From sequence record MK327932.1: DNA of 64,000 nt, one strand, 5' to 3'. Origin of the DNA: Escherichia phage vB_EcoM_G2248. Shown piece after piece: positions 19,398 to 27,090 of this stretch; position 1 is the first letter of the stretch, and the number at the start of each line of letters is the position of its first letter. The notes below the pieces were generated by a model. That model was not told the origin of the DNA. It made no database searches and saw nothing but the letters and a program-made list of their open reading frames with translations. The position numbers and the translations under genes are program-made.

Positions 19398-19685
19398 TTA
19401 AAACAGTCCTTCCTGTACACCGTAGTAGAGTTCATCGCTGATAATTTCATTAATGCGACGGTGTGCATATTCCTGATTTGCGAAGTTGTCAGCAAGTTCT
19501 ACTTTAGTTTCGCCGTCATGAGTCCATTTAGTGATAACTTTACCATCTGCAAATTTGAAGTTGAACTCTTTAGCTACCGCATCGCGTACCAGACGTGCAA
19601 ACTTATTGTTGCGGATTGCATTGTCGGTTTCGTGTGCAGCGTGAGCGAATTTGTTAACTTTCAGAGTGATAGTAATGTATGCCAT
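19398..19685 (-). CDS. hypothetical early protein (AKEFN family, paralogue of 22949..23260)
   Basis: Shares VRDAVAKEFNFK segment with VRKALAKEFNTK in 22949..23260. Confidence 0.5.
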   Translation of the reverse strand: MAYITITLKVNKFAHAAHETDNAIRNNKFARLVRDAVAKEFNFKFADGKVITKWTHDGETKVELADNFANQEYAHRRINEIISDELYYGVQEGLF

Positions 19686-19766
19686 AATTTGATTCTCCTA
19701 GTTAGAAAGTGTATCTCGTTTCGATGGGGATATTATGCTATATCCCCGATCCGGTGTCAACACTTT

Positions 19767-20045
19767 TTATAAAATAATTTTTTGATATTTTTCTATGATG
19801 TTCGTGTAAGTCACATCAACCGCTAGCACCGTTGCTTCGAATCCACCGTTTAGCCAATGGCTATGATCATGATCGTGAAAGAAACCTAGACCAGTACGAA
19901 GACCTTCTTTATATTCTGCGCGTACATTCAGTTTGTCGTCGATAAACAGATAAAACCATGAATTTTTACTAGGATTGATGATACAACCTTTCAGATTAGG
20001 GAGAATATCACGACTAAGAATAAACTTATCACCTACTTTGAACAT
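19767..20045 (-). CDS. gp30.3-like family protein (paralogue 2)
   Basis: HDHDHSHW...TVLAVDV; start moved to internal ATG (MFKVGDKF, RBS GAGGA) to remove overlap with neighbour. Confidence 0.55.
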   Translation of the reverse strand: MFKVGDKFILSRDILPNLKGCIINPSKNSWFYLFIDDKLNVRAEYKEGLRTGLGFFHDHDHSHWLNGGFEATVLAVDVTYTNIIEKYQKIIL

Positions 20046-20059
20046 AATATTTTCCTCAC

Positions 20060-20368
20060 TTATAAAGTTTGACCGTTGTTTTTCGCGTAATGCTGAATGC
20101 GTGCTTGATCTGCTTCCGCTGGTGATAGATTCCATGCGATCACTACAACTTCTGGCGCATCATGATCATTATCACTTACCCAATGATTATGATTCATACA
20201 ATTGTTTGCTATCGCGTGAGCAAATGATCTCATTACCGGAGACGTATAATCATAGTAACGGATTTTCAGATTTTCATCAACGTACAAGTAGATCGTATAC
20301 GGCTTATATTCAGTAACCAGTAACAGACAGTTACGCAATTCTGGGAAAATCTTTTTAGTTAATTTCAT
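20060..20368 (-). CDS. gp30.3-like family protein (paralogue 3)
   Basis: NHNHW...VVVIAWN; start moved to MKLTKKIF (RBS GAGGA). Confidence 0.55.
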   Translation of the reverse strand: MKLTKKIFPELRNCLLLVTEYKPYTIYLYVDENLKIRYYDYTSPVMRSFAHAIANNCMNHNHWVSDNDHDAPEVVVIAWNLSPAEADQARIQHYAKNNGQTL

Positions 20369-20369
20369 T

Positions 20370-20588
20370 TTATAATCCTCGGTCGCGGCTATAGTACACG
20401 GTACGCCATACAATTTCATGTTTCGTGTCGCTCCAGCACACGATCTCATTTACTCTTAAATCTTTGTTATCAACAAAAGATGAACATTGTGACGCTTCTT
20501 TCATCATTTTATCTGCTGTTTTCTCATCAAATACAGCACAGATTTCTTTATACACTCGATAATCTTTGAATTGACTCTGGATACCCAT
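20370..20588 (-). CDS. hypothetical protein, tandem paralogue of 20591..20800
   Basis: Both contain FKDYxxYxxIxxVxxxxxAxKMMxxASxCxSF; track start is GTG, ATG at 20588 preferred. Confidence 0.45.
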   Translation of the reverse strand: MGIQSQFKDYRVYKEICAVFDEKTADKMMKEASQCSSFVDNKDLRVNEIVCWSDTKHEIVWRTVYYSRDRGL

Positions 20589-20590
20589 AA

Positions 20591-20800
20591 TTAACACCAC
20601 TCAAGAGTTTTTGAAAACACATCTATCCATTGTTGAGTATATGCGGTTTCTTTCCATGAGACAATACCAGTAGAATAATGGTTTTTGTTTCCAGAAAAGG
20701 ACGGGCATTTTGATGCATCTTCCATCATCTTTTCGGCGAACTCTGGTTCGTATACTCGCAAGATCTGTTGATATGCTTTATAATCTTTAAATTTGCTCAT
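20591..20800 (-). CDS. hypothetical protein, tandem paralogue of 20370..20588
   Basis: 69 aa, ATG start. Confidence 0.5.
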   Translation of the reverse strand: MSKFKDYKAYQQILRVYEPEFAEKMMEDASKCPSFSGNKNHYSTGIVSWKETAYTQQWIDVFSKTLEWC

Positions 20801-21065
20801 AATCGTTAACTACCTTATCAGCTTCTTTTATTGTTTTTACATCAACTGCGATAACCCGTAAAGGTTCGTCATGGTTCCACCAATGATCGTGAATATCGGC
20901 TTGTGATTTATCACCAAAGGAATCACGAATATCATTTTTACATTTATAGCTAATGTGACCGTCATAGTCAACATAAAGGTAATTATCGAAAATCGGCGTT
21001 TTTAAGATCATACCGAAAAATCTTTCTTTGTGTGTCTTATCCAGCGTTGCAGTAATTCGCATCAT
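20787..21065 (-). CDS. gp30.3-like family protein (paralogue 4)
   Basis: HDHWWNHDEPLRVIAVDV. Confidence 0.55.
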   Translation of the reverse strand: MMRITATLDKTHKERFFGMILKTPIFDNYLYVDYDGHISYKCKNDIRDSFGDKSQADIHDHWWNHDEPLRVIAVDVKTIKEADKVVNDYEQI

Positions 21066-21077
21066 AATATATTCCTC

Positions 21078-21257
21078 TTAGAAAGGGATGGTCATTTCTT
21101 GAGCTTGTACATTCTCGTTAGGATTAAACTTCATCCAACCGATATTGTCTACCAGCATATGTACATTTTTATCATATCCTACTTGAGTAGTCAACACTAA
21201 ATGTGCTTTACCTTCAACGATGATTTCCATGTACTTCTGAACTTCGATAGCTTTCAT
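21078..21257 (-). CDS. hypothetical small protein (59 aa, not in ORF track)
   Basis: Manual translation MKAIEVQKYMEIIVEGKAHLVL...; conserved leader/RBS upstream. Confidence 0.45.
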   Translation of the reverse strand: MKAIEVQKYMEIIVEGKAHLVLTTQVGYDKNVHMLVDNIGWMKFNPNENVQAQEMTIPF

Positions 21258-21321
21258 TTTGATTCTCCGTTTGTTGTCTTGATGGGAGTATCTTACTACT
21301 CCCTTTAATCATTGTCAACGA

Positions 21322-21489
21322 TTATTTGTTAATTTCCGGTGCGTTGCTTGGATAGTAGCCTTCTTTAACACCCAGATATTTTGCAACCATTCCGGTGATC
21401 TTCTGTGCTACTACGATATCGAATTTCAGGTAGTCTTCACCGTGGTTTGCTACAATGTATGCTTCGCATTCTGCTTTAGTCTGGAACAT
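21322..21489 (-). CDS. hypothetical 55-aa protein, copy B of duplicated gene
   Basis: MFQTKAECEAYIVANHGEDYLKFDIVVAQKITGMVAKYLGVKEGYYPSNAPEINK; track ORF begins 12 codons earlier inside the promoter leader. Confidence 0.6.
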   Translation of the reverse strand: MFQTKAECEAYIVANHGEDYLKFDIVVAQKITGMVAKYLGVKEGYYPSNAPEINK

Positions 21490-21523
21490 TTTTGATTCTC
21501 CTATATCTCGTTGGTATGTGTGC

Positions 21524-21553
21524 ATTATAGGGGATCTCCCGATCCCCTGTCAA
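21524..21553 (-). promoter_or_regulatory. sigma70-type early promoter cassette (example)
   Basis: Minus strand TTGACA-GGGGATCGGGAGATCCCC-TATAAT, then leader ...GGAGAATCAAAA-ATG. Confidence 0.7.
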
Positions 21554-21562
21554 CAACTTTTT

Positions 21563-21898
21563 TTATTCTTTATACGCATATTTCATAAATTTGTCTGCTA
21601 CTTCATCGGCATGTTCCGATTCTACGCCGGATTCGAGAACAATAGCAAGGTCGGTTTCGTCGTGACCTTCGTACCAGTGATTATGTGTGTCGTTTGAATC
21701 AATATAGAATTTATCACCTTCGTAAGTTCGAGCAAATACATCTAAATTCTCGTCGATGTAAAAGATCCAATCTTCATAAAGAATAACCGTATTAGCCAGA
21801 TTTTTATTGCCTTCAACGAAAGGTTCGACTACAAACAAATTAGTATTTTCCTCAAAATTATACAGCTTCGTAAACTTCCCAATGTTCAGCGCCAACAC
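21563..21898 (-). CDS. gp30.3-like family protein (paralogue 5; start uncertain, no in-frame ATG)
   Basis: THNHWYEGHDETDLAIVLES core; track start is GTG and overlaps the upstream gene. Confidence 0.45.
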   Translation of the reverse strand: MLALNIGKFTKLYNFEENTNLFVVEPFVEGNKNLANTVILYEDWIFYIDENLDVFARTYEGDKFYIDSNDTHNHWYEGHDETDLAIVLESGVESEHADEVADKFMKYAYKE

Positions 21899-22049
21899 GC
21901 TTAACGAAAAGGTTTTCTTTGATGTTATTCATAAACGTCTGGATGGATTTAATGCGGTTGGAAGGTTTCCAGTCTTTGTTGGCATTGCGGCGATACATAA
22001 TAATATTACCAGTTCGCTTATATTCAGCAACCATTTTAAGACCACACAT
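21858..22049 (-). CDS. hypothetical small basic protein
   Basis: 63 aa, ATG with strong RBS GAGGA. Confidence 0.5.
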   Translation of the reverse strand: MCGLKMVAEYKRTGNIIMYRRNANKDWKPSNRIKSIQTFMNNIKENLFVKRVGAEHWEVYEAV

Positions 22050-22105
22050 AATATTATCCTCAATTTGTGGGAGAGTATTACCCTCCCGATTATTGTTATA
22101 CTACA

Positions 22106-22408
22106 TTACGCAAAATGGCGTGTCAATGCTTCTTTTGCTGTTCCGCTAAGATTCTCGATCTCTCCTGGCATAACATCAACCGCCAGAACTTCTACAACAT
22201 CCTCTGATCCTAACCAGTGAGTATGACCTTTGTAGAACTTGATATCCCATTTATCGCTATCGCTAGCCCACCACACATCACCGTCTATAAAGTTGATGTA
22301 AAGCACACTACGACACATTGAATTAGTTACTTTCAATACTGCGCCTTTCATCTCTTCCACGGTATGGTCTTCCATTTTGAAGACCTCGCCTACCTTAACT
22401 TTTGCCAT
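22106..22408 (-). CDS. gp30.3-like family protein (paralogue 6)
   Basis: GHTHWLGSEDVVEVLAVDV; start moved to MAKVKVGEV so the gene abuts the upstream stop. Confidence 0.55.
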   Translation of the reverse strand: MAKVKVGEVFKMEDHTVEEMKGAVLKVTNSMCRSVLYINFIDGDVWWASDSDKWDIKFYKGHTHWLGSEDVVEVLAVDVMPGEIENLSGTAKEALTRHFA

Positions 22409-22409
22409 G

Positions 22410-22676
22410 TTACATGCTCCGAATATGTTTAGATGCATCTTCCAGTTCGTCGATAGTGACACTGTGAGCCAGTAAGTGTACTGGTTGTGGTTCTTCACCT
22501 TCCATAGTATTGATCAGATGACCGTTTCCTGGGTGGAATGTATCGTTGCCGTTCCAAATAGCATACACATCATCTTCTGTTACGTAGATAATAAGTCCAA
22601 TCGGTGATTCTGGTAATTGAAAAATTTTACCCACTGCATCTTTGCGATTGTTTACGATATCTTTTACTGTCTTCAT
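22410..22676 (-). CDS. hypothetical early protein
   Basis: 88 aa; C-terminal PVHLLAHSVTIDELEDA loosely resembles the 30.3-like core. Confidence 0.5.
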   Translation of the reverse strand: MKTVKDIVNNRKDAVGKIFQLPESPIGLIIYVTEDDVYAIWNGNDTFHPGNGHLINTMEGEEPQPVHLLAHSVTIDELEDASKHIRSM

Positions 22677-22695
22677 TTAGTTACCTCTCGTTAAA

Positions 22696-22875
22696 TTACA
22701 TCACAATCACGCCAGCCGTTGAAAGTTGATGTTTCAACTGAGCATTTTCTGCTACTGTCAAATCAATGATTTCTTGTGACGCTGCAATCATATAGCCATT
22801 GGTGATATTGTTTTGCATCAGTTCAATGGTTTCTTCGTTGTAGCGGATTTTAGCGATGATTTCGTTGAAGTTCAT
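22696..22875 (-). CDS. hypothetical small helical protein
   Basis: Start moved to MNFNEIIAK after the GGAGAATCAAAC leader; 59 aa. Confidence 0.5.
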   Translation of the reverse strand: MNFNEIIAKIRYNEETIELMQNNITNGYMIAASQEIIDLTVAENAQLKHQLSTAGVIVM

Positions 22876-22948
22876 GTTTGATTCTCCTAGTTCGTTTCGG
22901 TATGTGTGTATTATAGGGGAGTTTAACCTCACCTGTCAACAACTTTTT

Positions 22949-23260
22949 TTAAAGTTTTTCCATGATAACGGTCATAATTACATCTTCTGCGCGAGCGGTC
23001 AGATTATCAGCGTCAGTATGTGGGCGGTTGGTTGTTACAGAGATAACACCGTTGCGCACTGGTTTGATATTGATATCAAGATGATCCGCGAAACGTTCGC
23101 CAGTTACAGAATGAATTTTGGTGTTAAATTCTTTTGCCAGTGCCTTGCGAACTTCACGAATCAGGATAGCGTTTTTCAGTTGGTTCTCCGCGCTCATGGT
23201 CTTCTGGGTGTTCATGGTTCCGTCGAAGTCAATCATTGGCAGCGTTACGATGTATTTCAT
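22949..23260 (-). CDS. hypothetical early protein (AKEFN family)
   Basis: Start moved to MKYIVTLP after the conserved leader; 103 aa; paralogue of 19398..19685. Confidence 0.5.
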   Translation of the reverse strand: MKYIVTLPMIDFDGTMNTQKTMSAENQLKNAILIREVRKALAKEFNTKIHSVTGERFADHLDINIKPVRNGVISVTTNRPHTDADNLTARAEDVIMTVIMEKL

Positions 23261-23289
23261 TTTTGATTCTCCGTTTAAGAAAGTGTGTT

Positions 23290-23369
23290 TCGTTTTGATG
23301 TGTGTAGTATAGGGGATACGTGATCCCCTTCGTTTTGATGTGTGTAGTATAGGGGATACGTGATCCCCT
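23290..23369. repeat. perfect tandem duplication (2 x 40 bp) of a promoter core
   Basis: TCGTTTTGATGTGTGTAGTATAGGGGATACGTGATCCCCT occurs twice back to back (23290-23329, 23330-23369). Confidence 0.85.
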
Positions 23370-23387
23370 GTCAACAACTTTTTTGAA

Positions 23388-23732
23388 TTATTTTTTCATG
23401 AGCTTAATGGCTTCTTCCATAGCCAGCACATTTCGATAGTTAGGGTATCGTGTTAGATCGTCATACATTCGCTTAAGGGTGGAAACTTCCTCAAACTCTG
23501 GGTTTTCTAGATATAGTTGAACAAATTGTTTCTCTACCATCTCGGCTTTTAGCTTGTCTGCTTGTTCCTGTTCATATGATTTCGTTGGACCCAACACCAA
23601 CAAAATGATAAAGGTGATCAACGGGCTAATGATCAATGATAGGATAACATAACCGATAACGCTACGGTTTAAACGGCTTGCGTACATGCCTACCAGGAAA
23701 ACAAAAAGGATATAGATAAACAGAAAGAACAT
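23388..23732 (-). CDS. small membrane protein (two predicted TM helices)
   Basis: Hydrophobic N-terminus MFFLFIYILFVFLVGMY ... ILSLIISPLITFIILLVLG. Confidence 0.5.
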   Translation of the reverse strand: MFFLFIYILFVFLVGMYASRLNRSVIGYVILSLIISPLITFIILLVLGPTKSYEQEQADKLKAEMVEKQFVQLYLENPEFEEVSTLKRMYDDLTRYPNYRNVLAMEEAIKLMKK

Positions 23733-23739
23733 ATAATGG

Positions 23740-24213
23740 TTACTCCTTATTTTCGCGCTCGTACTTTTCGAAATAAAATTCTACTGGCTGGTCATGAATT
23801 GACAGCAAGCCAAAGCGTTTAGCCGCTCGCAATCCCATATTGCGCTGAATGTACTTCTGGAAGTTCTCGCGTATACACTTACGCCAGTATTCTAAGCCCA
23901 TACAGCTTTTATAAAGATTGCATTGCACACACGCCGGATTCATGTTATCAAGTATATCATGTTCCGGTTTATGCATTCCTACAACCTTATACTTCCACGA
24001 TCCATCATCATTACGGGCAATTCGTCCATTTTCATCATAGACTACCTTTGAGCGTCGCAATACTGGTTTGATGTGGTCTGCGTGCCAGCGATCCCCTAGT
24101 TCCTCGCCACAATAGGCACAACGTCCACCATATTTCATTTTCAGGATCTGGCGTTGCTCTTTCTTTGACAATTTTTTAGGTTTAGGGGCTTTCGCCCCTT
24201 CATTATCACACAT
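23740..24213 (-). CDS. HNH endonuclease-like protein
   Basis: CAYCGEEL...HADHIKP...N...CVQCN arrangement (CxxC, HxxH, second CxxC). Confidence 0.6.
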   Translation of the reverse strand: MCDNEGAKAPKPKKLSKKEQRQILKMKYGGRCAYCGEELGDRWHADHIKPVLRRSKVVYDENGRIARNDDGSWKYKVVGMHKPEHDILDNMNPACVQCNLYKSCMGLEYWRKCIRENFQKYIQRNMGLRAAKRFGLLSIHDQPVEFYFEKYERENKE

Positions 24214-25708
24214 CGAATACCTCTTTTACTGTATTTGCAGTGGTCTTGTCGTAGCGAATACGTTTGATGATCGGGAGAAATAAAGAGAACTCAGGTTCAT
24301 CTTCTTTACGTGATTTGCTGCGAATGTACCCGTTGCATGTCATCTCAATGACTTTTCCAATCAGGTTATGACGGTCAGCCCATAACATTTCTCGGTCGAG
24401 TTCATTTCGACGATCGAACGGAATTACACGTTCAATACCATCATCACCTTTTTCGGTTGTGGTGTCGGTTAATCCCGATCCGGTGTTAGTCATCATTCGT
24501 CCGCACGCACTACGGACAGTAAAACCGCCTACCTTATTAGGATCTTTACTATGCGGATATACATCAACAATTTCAGCGTCGAAGTCAATCACTTCTTTAA
24601 ATTTAACCTGGTCTTTACTGCGACGATCTTCAAATACACCATGTAAATTTTTAAGGATAATACCTTCTAAGCCCATGTTTACATAGCGATGATATACTTC
24701 GCGAGCTTCATCTATATTGTTAACTACAGTGTTTTCGATTATCTGAACACGAGGATCGTTAAGTTCTTCAACAATCTGTTTTAGTTCTTCGAATCGATCT
24801 TTATATTGCTTCGTTGCTTTCTCGTTTCCGTAATACACATCACGGTCGATAACATCCCAGACAGTATAAACAATACATTGGGCTTCTTCTTTTGGAATAG
24901 TTCCTTTAAGTGATTTGTTGAGGATACCATTTCCGGTCTGACGATCTGCAACAACGGATTCTTTTACTGCTTCCGCTACTGGCGTTAATGGCATTTCCTC
25001 TTCTTCAAATATCCATGACAGAGTACCATCATAAACGCTCTCAACGAAGTTCTGCGCTGGTGTTTGCGAAAGGGTAGGCATATATACCAATTCGCCATCT
25101 AGAACAATTCCACGGCCTCGTAGACGCTCTAAAACCGCAAACAAATCATCAAGTCCTTGATAGGTATTACCTGAGCGGGTATAGATTGCTAATGTTTCCC
25201 CGTCAATATCAGCCATACCACGAGCGCCATCGCTTTTAAGTTGTGCATACGCCGGATACTTGATATTAGCAATAGTCTTATCAGAACATGACGATGCAAG
25301 GTGACACGGTTGCTGGGGGATCAGTTTCTTCCATACCTTGTTTGCAGTGGTAGCGGAACAACCACATTCCAGATCACGATTCAGGACCATCATTGCAACT
25401 TTAGCATCATCTTCTGACAAGCAAGTCAGAGTATCGGTAACTAGCTGTAATGCTGCGTTACCAGTTACTTGACGCGTGGCAAGTTTATTTTTAAAGACCT
25501 GTAATGCACCGGATAAAGACAATACAGACGAATAACGCGATGGTTTATCGTATTTCTTTACGCCAAACGTAACCTGTTTGCAATATGCCAGATAAAAGCA
25601 TTCTTTCAGTGTTTCATTGCTTGCAGATTCTTTCAGGATCTTTTCTTTCAGCGATGTTTTGTCTGTTGCTGCAAGCTGGTTAATGATATTAAGAATTGAC
25701 ATTTTCAC
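24206..25708 (-). CDS. 30: ATP-dependent DNA ligase
   Basis: 500 aa; colinear with T4 gp30 as recalled (KADGAR adenylation motif, IDGELV, EGIILKN, C-terminal DKTxANT). Confidence 0.9.
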   Translation of the reverse strand: MKMSILNIINQLAATDKTSLKEKILKESASNETLKECFYLAYCKQVTFGVKKYDKPSRYSSVLSLSGALQVFKNKLATRQVTGNAALQLVTDTLTCLSEDDAKVAMMVLNRDLECGCSATTANKVWKKLIPQQPCHLASSCSDKTIANIKYPAYAQLKSDGARGMADIDGETLAIYTRSGNTYQGLDDLFAVLERLRGRGIVLDGELVYMPTLSQTPAQNFVESVYDGTLSWIFEEEEMPLTPVAEAVKESVVADRQTGNGILNKSLKGTIPKEEAQCIVYTVWDVIDRDVYYGNEKATKQYKDRFEELKQIVEELNDPRVQIIENTVVNNIDEAREVYHRYVNMGLEGIILKNLHGVFEDRRSKDQVKFKEVIDFDAEIVDVYPHSKDPNKVGGFTVRSACGRMMTNTGSGLTDTTTEKGDDGIERVIPFDRRNELDREMLWADRHNLIGKVIEMTCNGYIRSKSRKEDEPEFSLFLPIIKRIRYDKTTANTVKEVFDV

Positions 25709-26168
25709 CTCGTTTTGTTAAACGTTCACGAATATCATTGAGGATACTACAAAATTCCGATTCAGTCAATATAGTCTTTAACGGATCAGTTCCACCTATG
25801 CTATGACGTAATTTCTTATTTCCTGTAGCGAGTAATGCTTTACAAAATTCTGGGTTATCCCGTGCCATCGTAACAAATGCCAGATGTACCAGTCTGTAAT
25901 AATGCTCACTCATTCGATGAATAGGGCGACCCTGAAAATATAACATGTGATTCTCAATCTTTTCAGTTCTTCCGGTTCTTTTTGCTTTGCCACCGTGCAT
26001 CAAAAAGATTTCTCTTTGTCTCTGAGGGTTCTTAAATCTTAGCCCCTGTAAAAATCCTTCTGTGCTGTTAATATCGCAACCAAATAGACGGAATGGTCTT
26101 TTATTGAAATTGCTCAATTCACCCGATGGATAAGGTCCACCCGCATAGATATCAATTTCAGAAGTCAT
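25689..26168 (-). CDS. NADAR/YbiA-like (DUF1768) protein
   Basis: N-terminal GELSNF motif and ~160-aa length typical of the YbiA/NADAR family. Confidence 0.6.
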   Translation of the reverse strand: MTSEIDIYAGGPYPSGELSNFNKRPFRLFGCDINSTEGFLQGLRFKNPQRQREIFLMHGGKAKRTGRTEKIENHMLYFQGRPIHRMSEHYYRLVHLAFVTMARDNPEFCKALLATGNKKLRHSIGGTDPLKTILTESEFCSILNDIRERLTKRGENVNS

Positions 26169-26404
26169 TGAAACTAATCTCGCTAATCAGAGAGAACGGA
26201 TCATAATCGTCATTAGGAATATCGATAGTAATCGAATGAGGATTTACCCATACACCAAACTGGTCTTCTTCGGTGAATACTTCGGTATGGATTTCGTGGA
26301 TGTTTACATTCATAGTTTTCATAATAAAATTCCTTAATAATCAATAACTTACAAAATCATATAGCCAAAATATAGGCGGGATTATTACCCGCCGTTTAAA
26401 ATCA

Positions 26405-26728
26405 TTAACCGTAAACTACCACAATATTCTGTTTGTGTGTTACAGTCCATTTCAGGTCGATCTCTTCTTCCTTCTTAACGCCGTTAATAACGTCTGGATG
26501 AGGAACTTTATTCATCTTTCCATGTGGCAGTAGAACAGTTTTACCCAGCAATTCTTGATCTACCGTTTCACCAATATCAATAATCTTACCTACCAGCGGA
26601 ATCTCGCCCATAGTGCGCTTTTGCTCAATAATGATCCCCATAGAGCTTTTTACTTCGGTCCCTGCGCTTTCTGCTTTAGCTTCGATAATTACATAATCAC
26701 CAAGTGCTTTAGGAGTTTTAACGGTCAT
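26405..26728 (-). CDS. 31: GroES-like head-assembly cochaperonin
   Basis: 107 aa; GDYVIIEA and VPHPD segments as in T4 gp31; synteny. Confidence 0.8.
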   Translation of the reverse strand: MTVKTPKALGDYVIIEAKAESAGTEVKSSMGIIIEQKRTMGEIPLVGKIIDIGETVDQELLGKTVLLPHGKMNKVPHPDVINGVKKEEEIDLKWTVTHKQNIVVVYG

Positions 26729-26769
26729 AATTTTATTACCTCTTCAAATCAATACAGTTTAATGATGAA

Positions 26770-27090
26770 TTATTTATAAATTTCGACGATCTGCGCTGGA
26801 GTCAGCCCGTCTACATTAATCAGACTATCAAGCCCAAAACTACGGAAACCTTCAACTGCAATTTCATATACTGGCAAAGATGTTTCTGATTCTTTACGCG
26901 GTTTTTCAACATTCGGAACTAACCACTTTTCGTATGTTTCGAAAGGCATCAGTGCCGGATCTCGCGTAGCGATCATATCTCGGACAGTACCATCTTTCTT
27001 AGTAAACTGCAAAGAGTGAGTACCGACCGAAAACATTTTCTTTAGTGCTTCACGAAGTGCGATATTATCAACTTGTTCAGTCATTATCAA
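26770..27090 (-). CDS. hypothetical protein
   Basis: 106-aa ORF between cd and 31. Confidence 0.45.
   Translation of the reverse strand: MIMTEQVDNIALREALKKMFSVGTHSLQFTKKDGTVRDMIATRDPALMPFETYEKWLVPNVEKPRKESETSLPVYEIAVEGFRSFGLDSLINVDGLTPAQIVEIYK

Noticed and set aside
22696-23377. N-terminally extended ORF-track starts such as MRLNSPIIHTYRNELGESNM and MLTGDHVSPILHTSKRRGSRIPYTTHIKTKHTFLNGESKM (similar cases at 21322..21525, 31589..31798, 58743..58961, 59409..59744)
   Set aside because: The extensions are translations of the conserved promoter and leader; the ATG directly after the GGAGAA leader is the more plausible start.
15826-23400. Possible CRISPR array suggested by many repeated ~40-75-bp elements
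   Set aside because: The repeats are promoter/leader cassettes separated by protein-coding genes of very different lengths, not short uniform spacers; they contain TTGACA/TATAAT and an RBS, and no cas genes are nearby.
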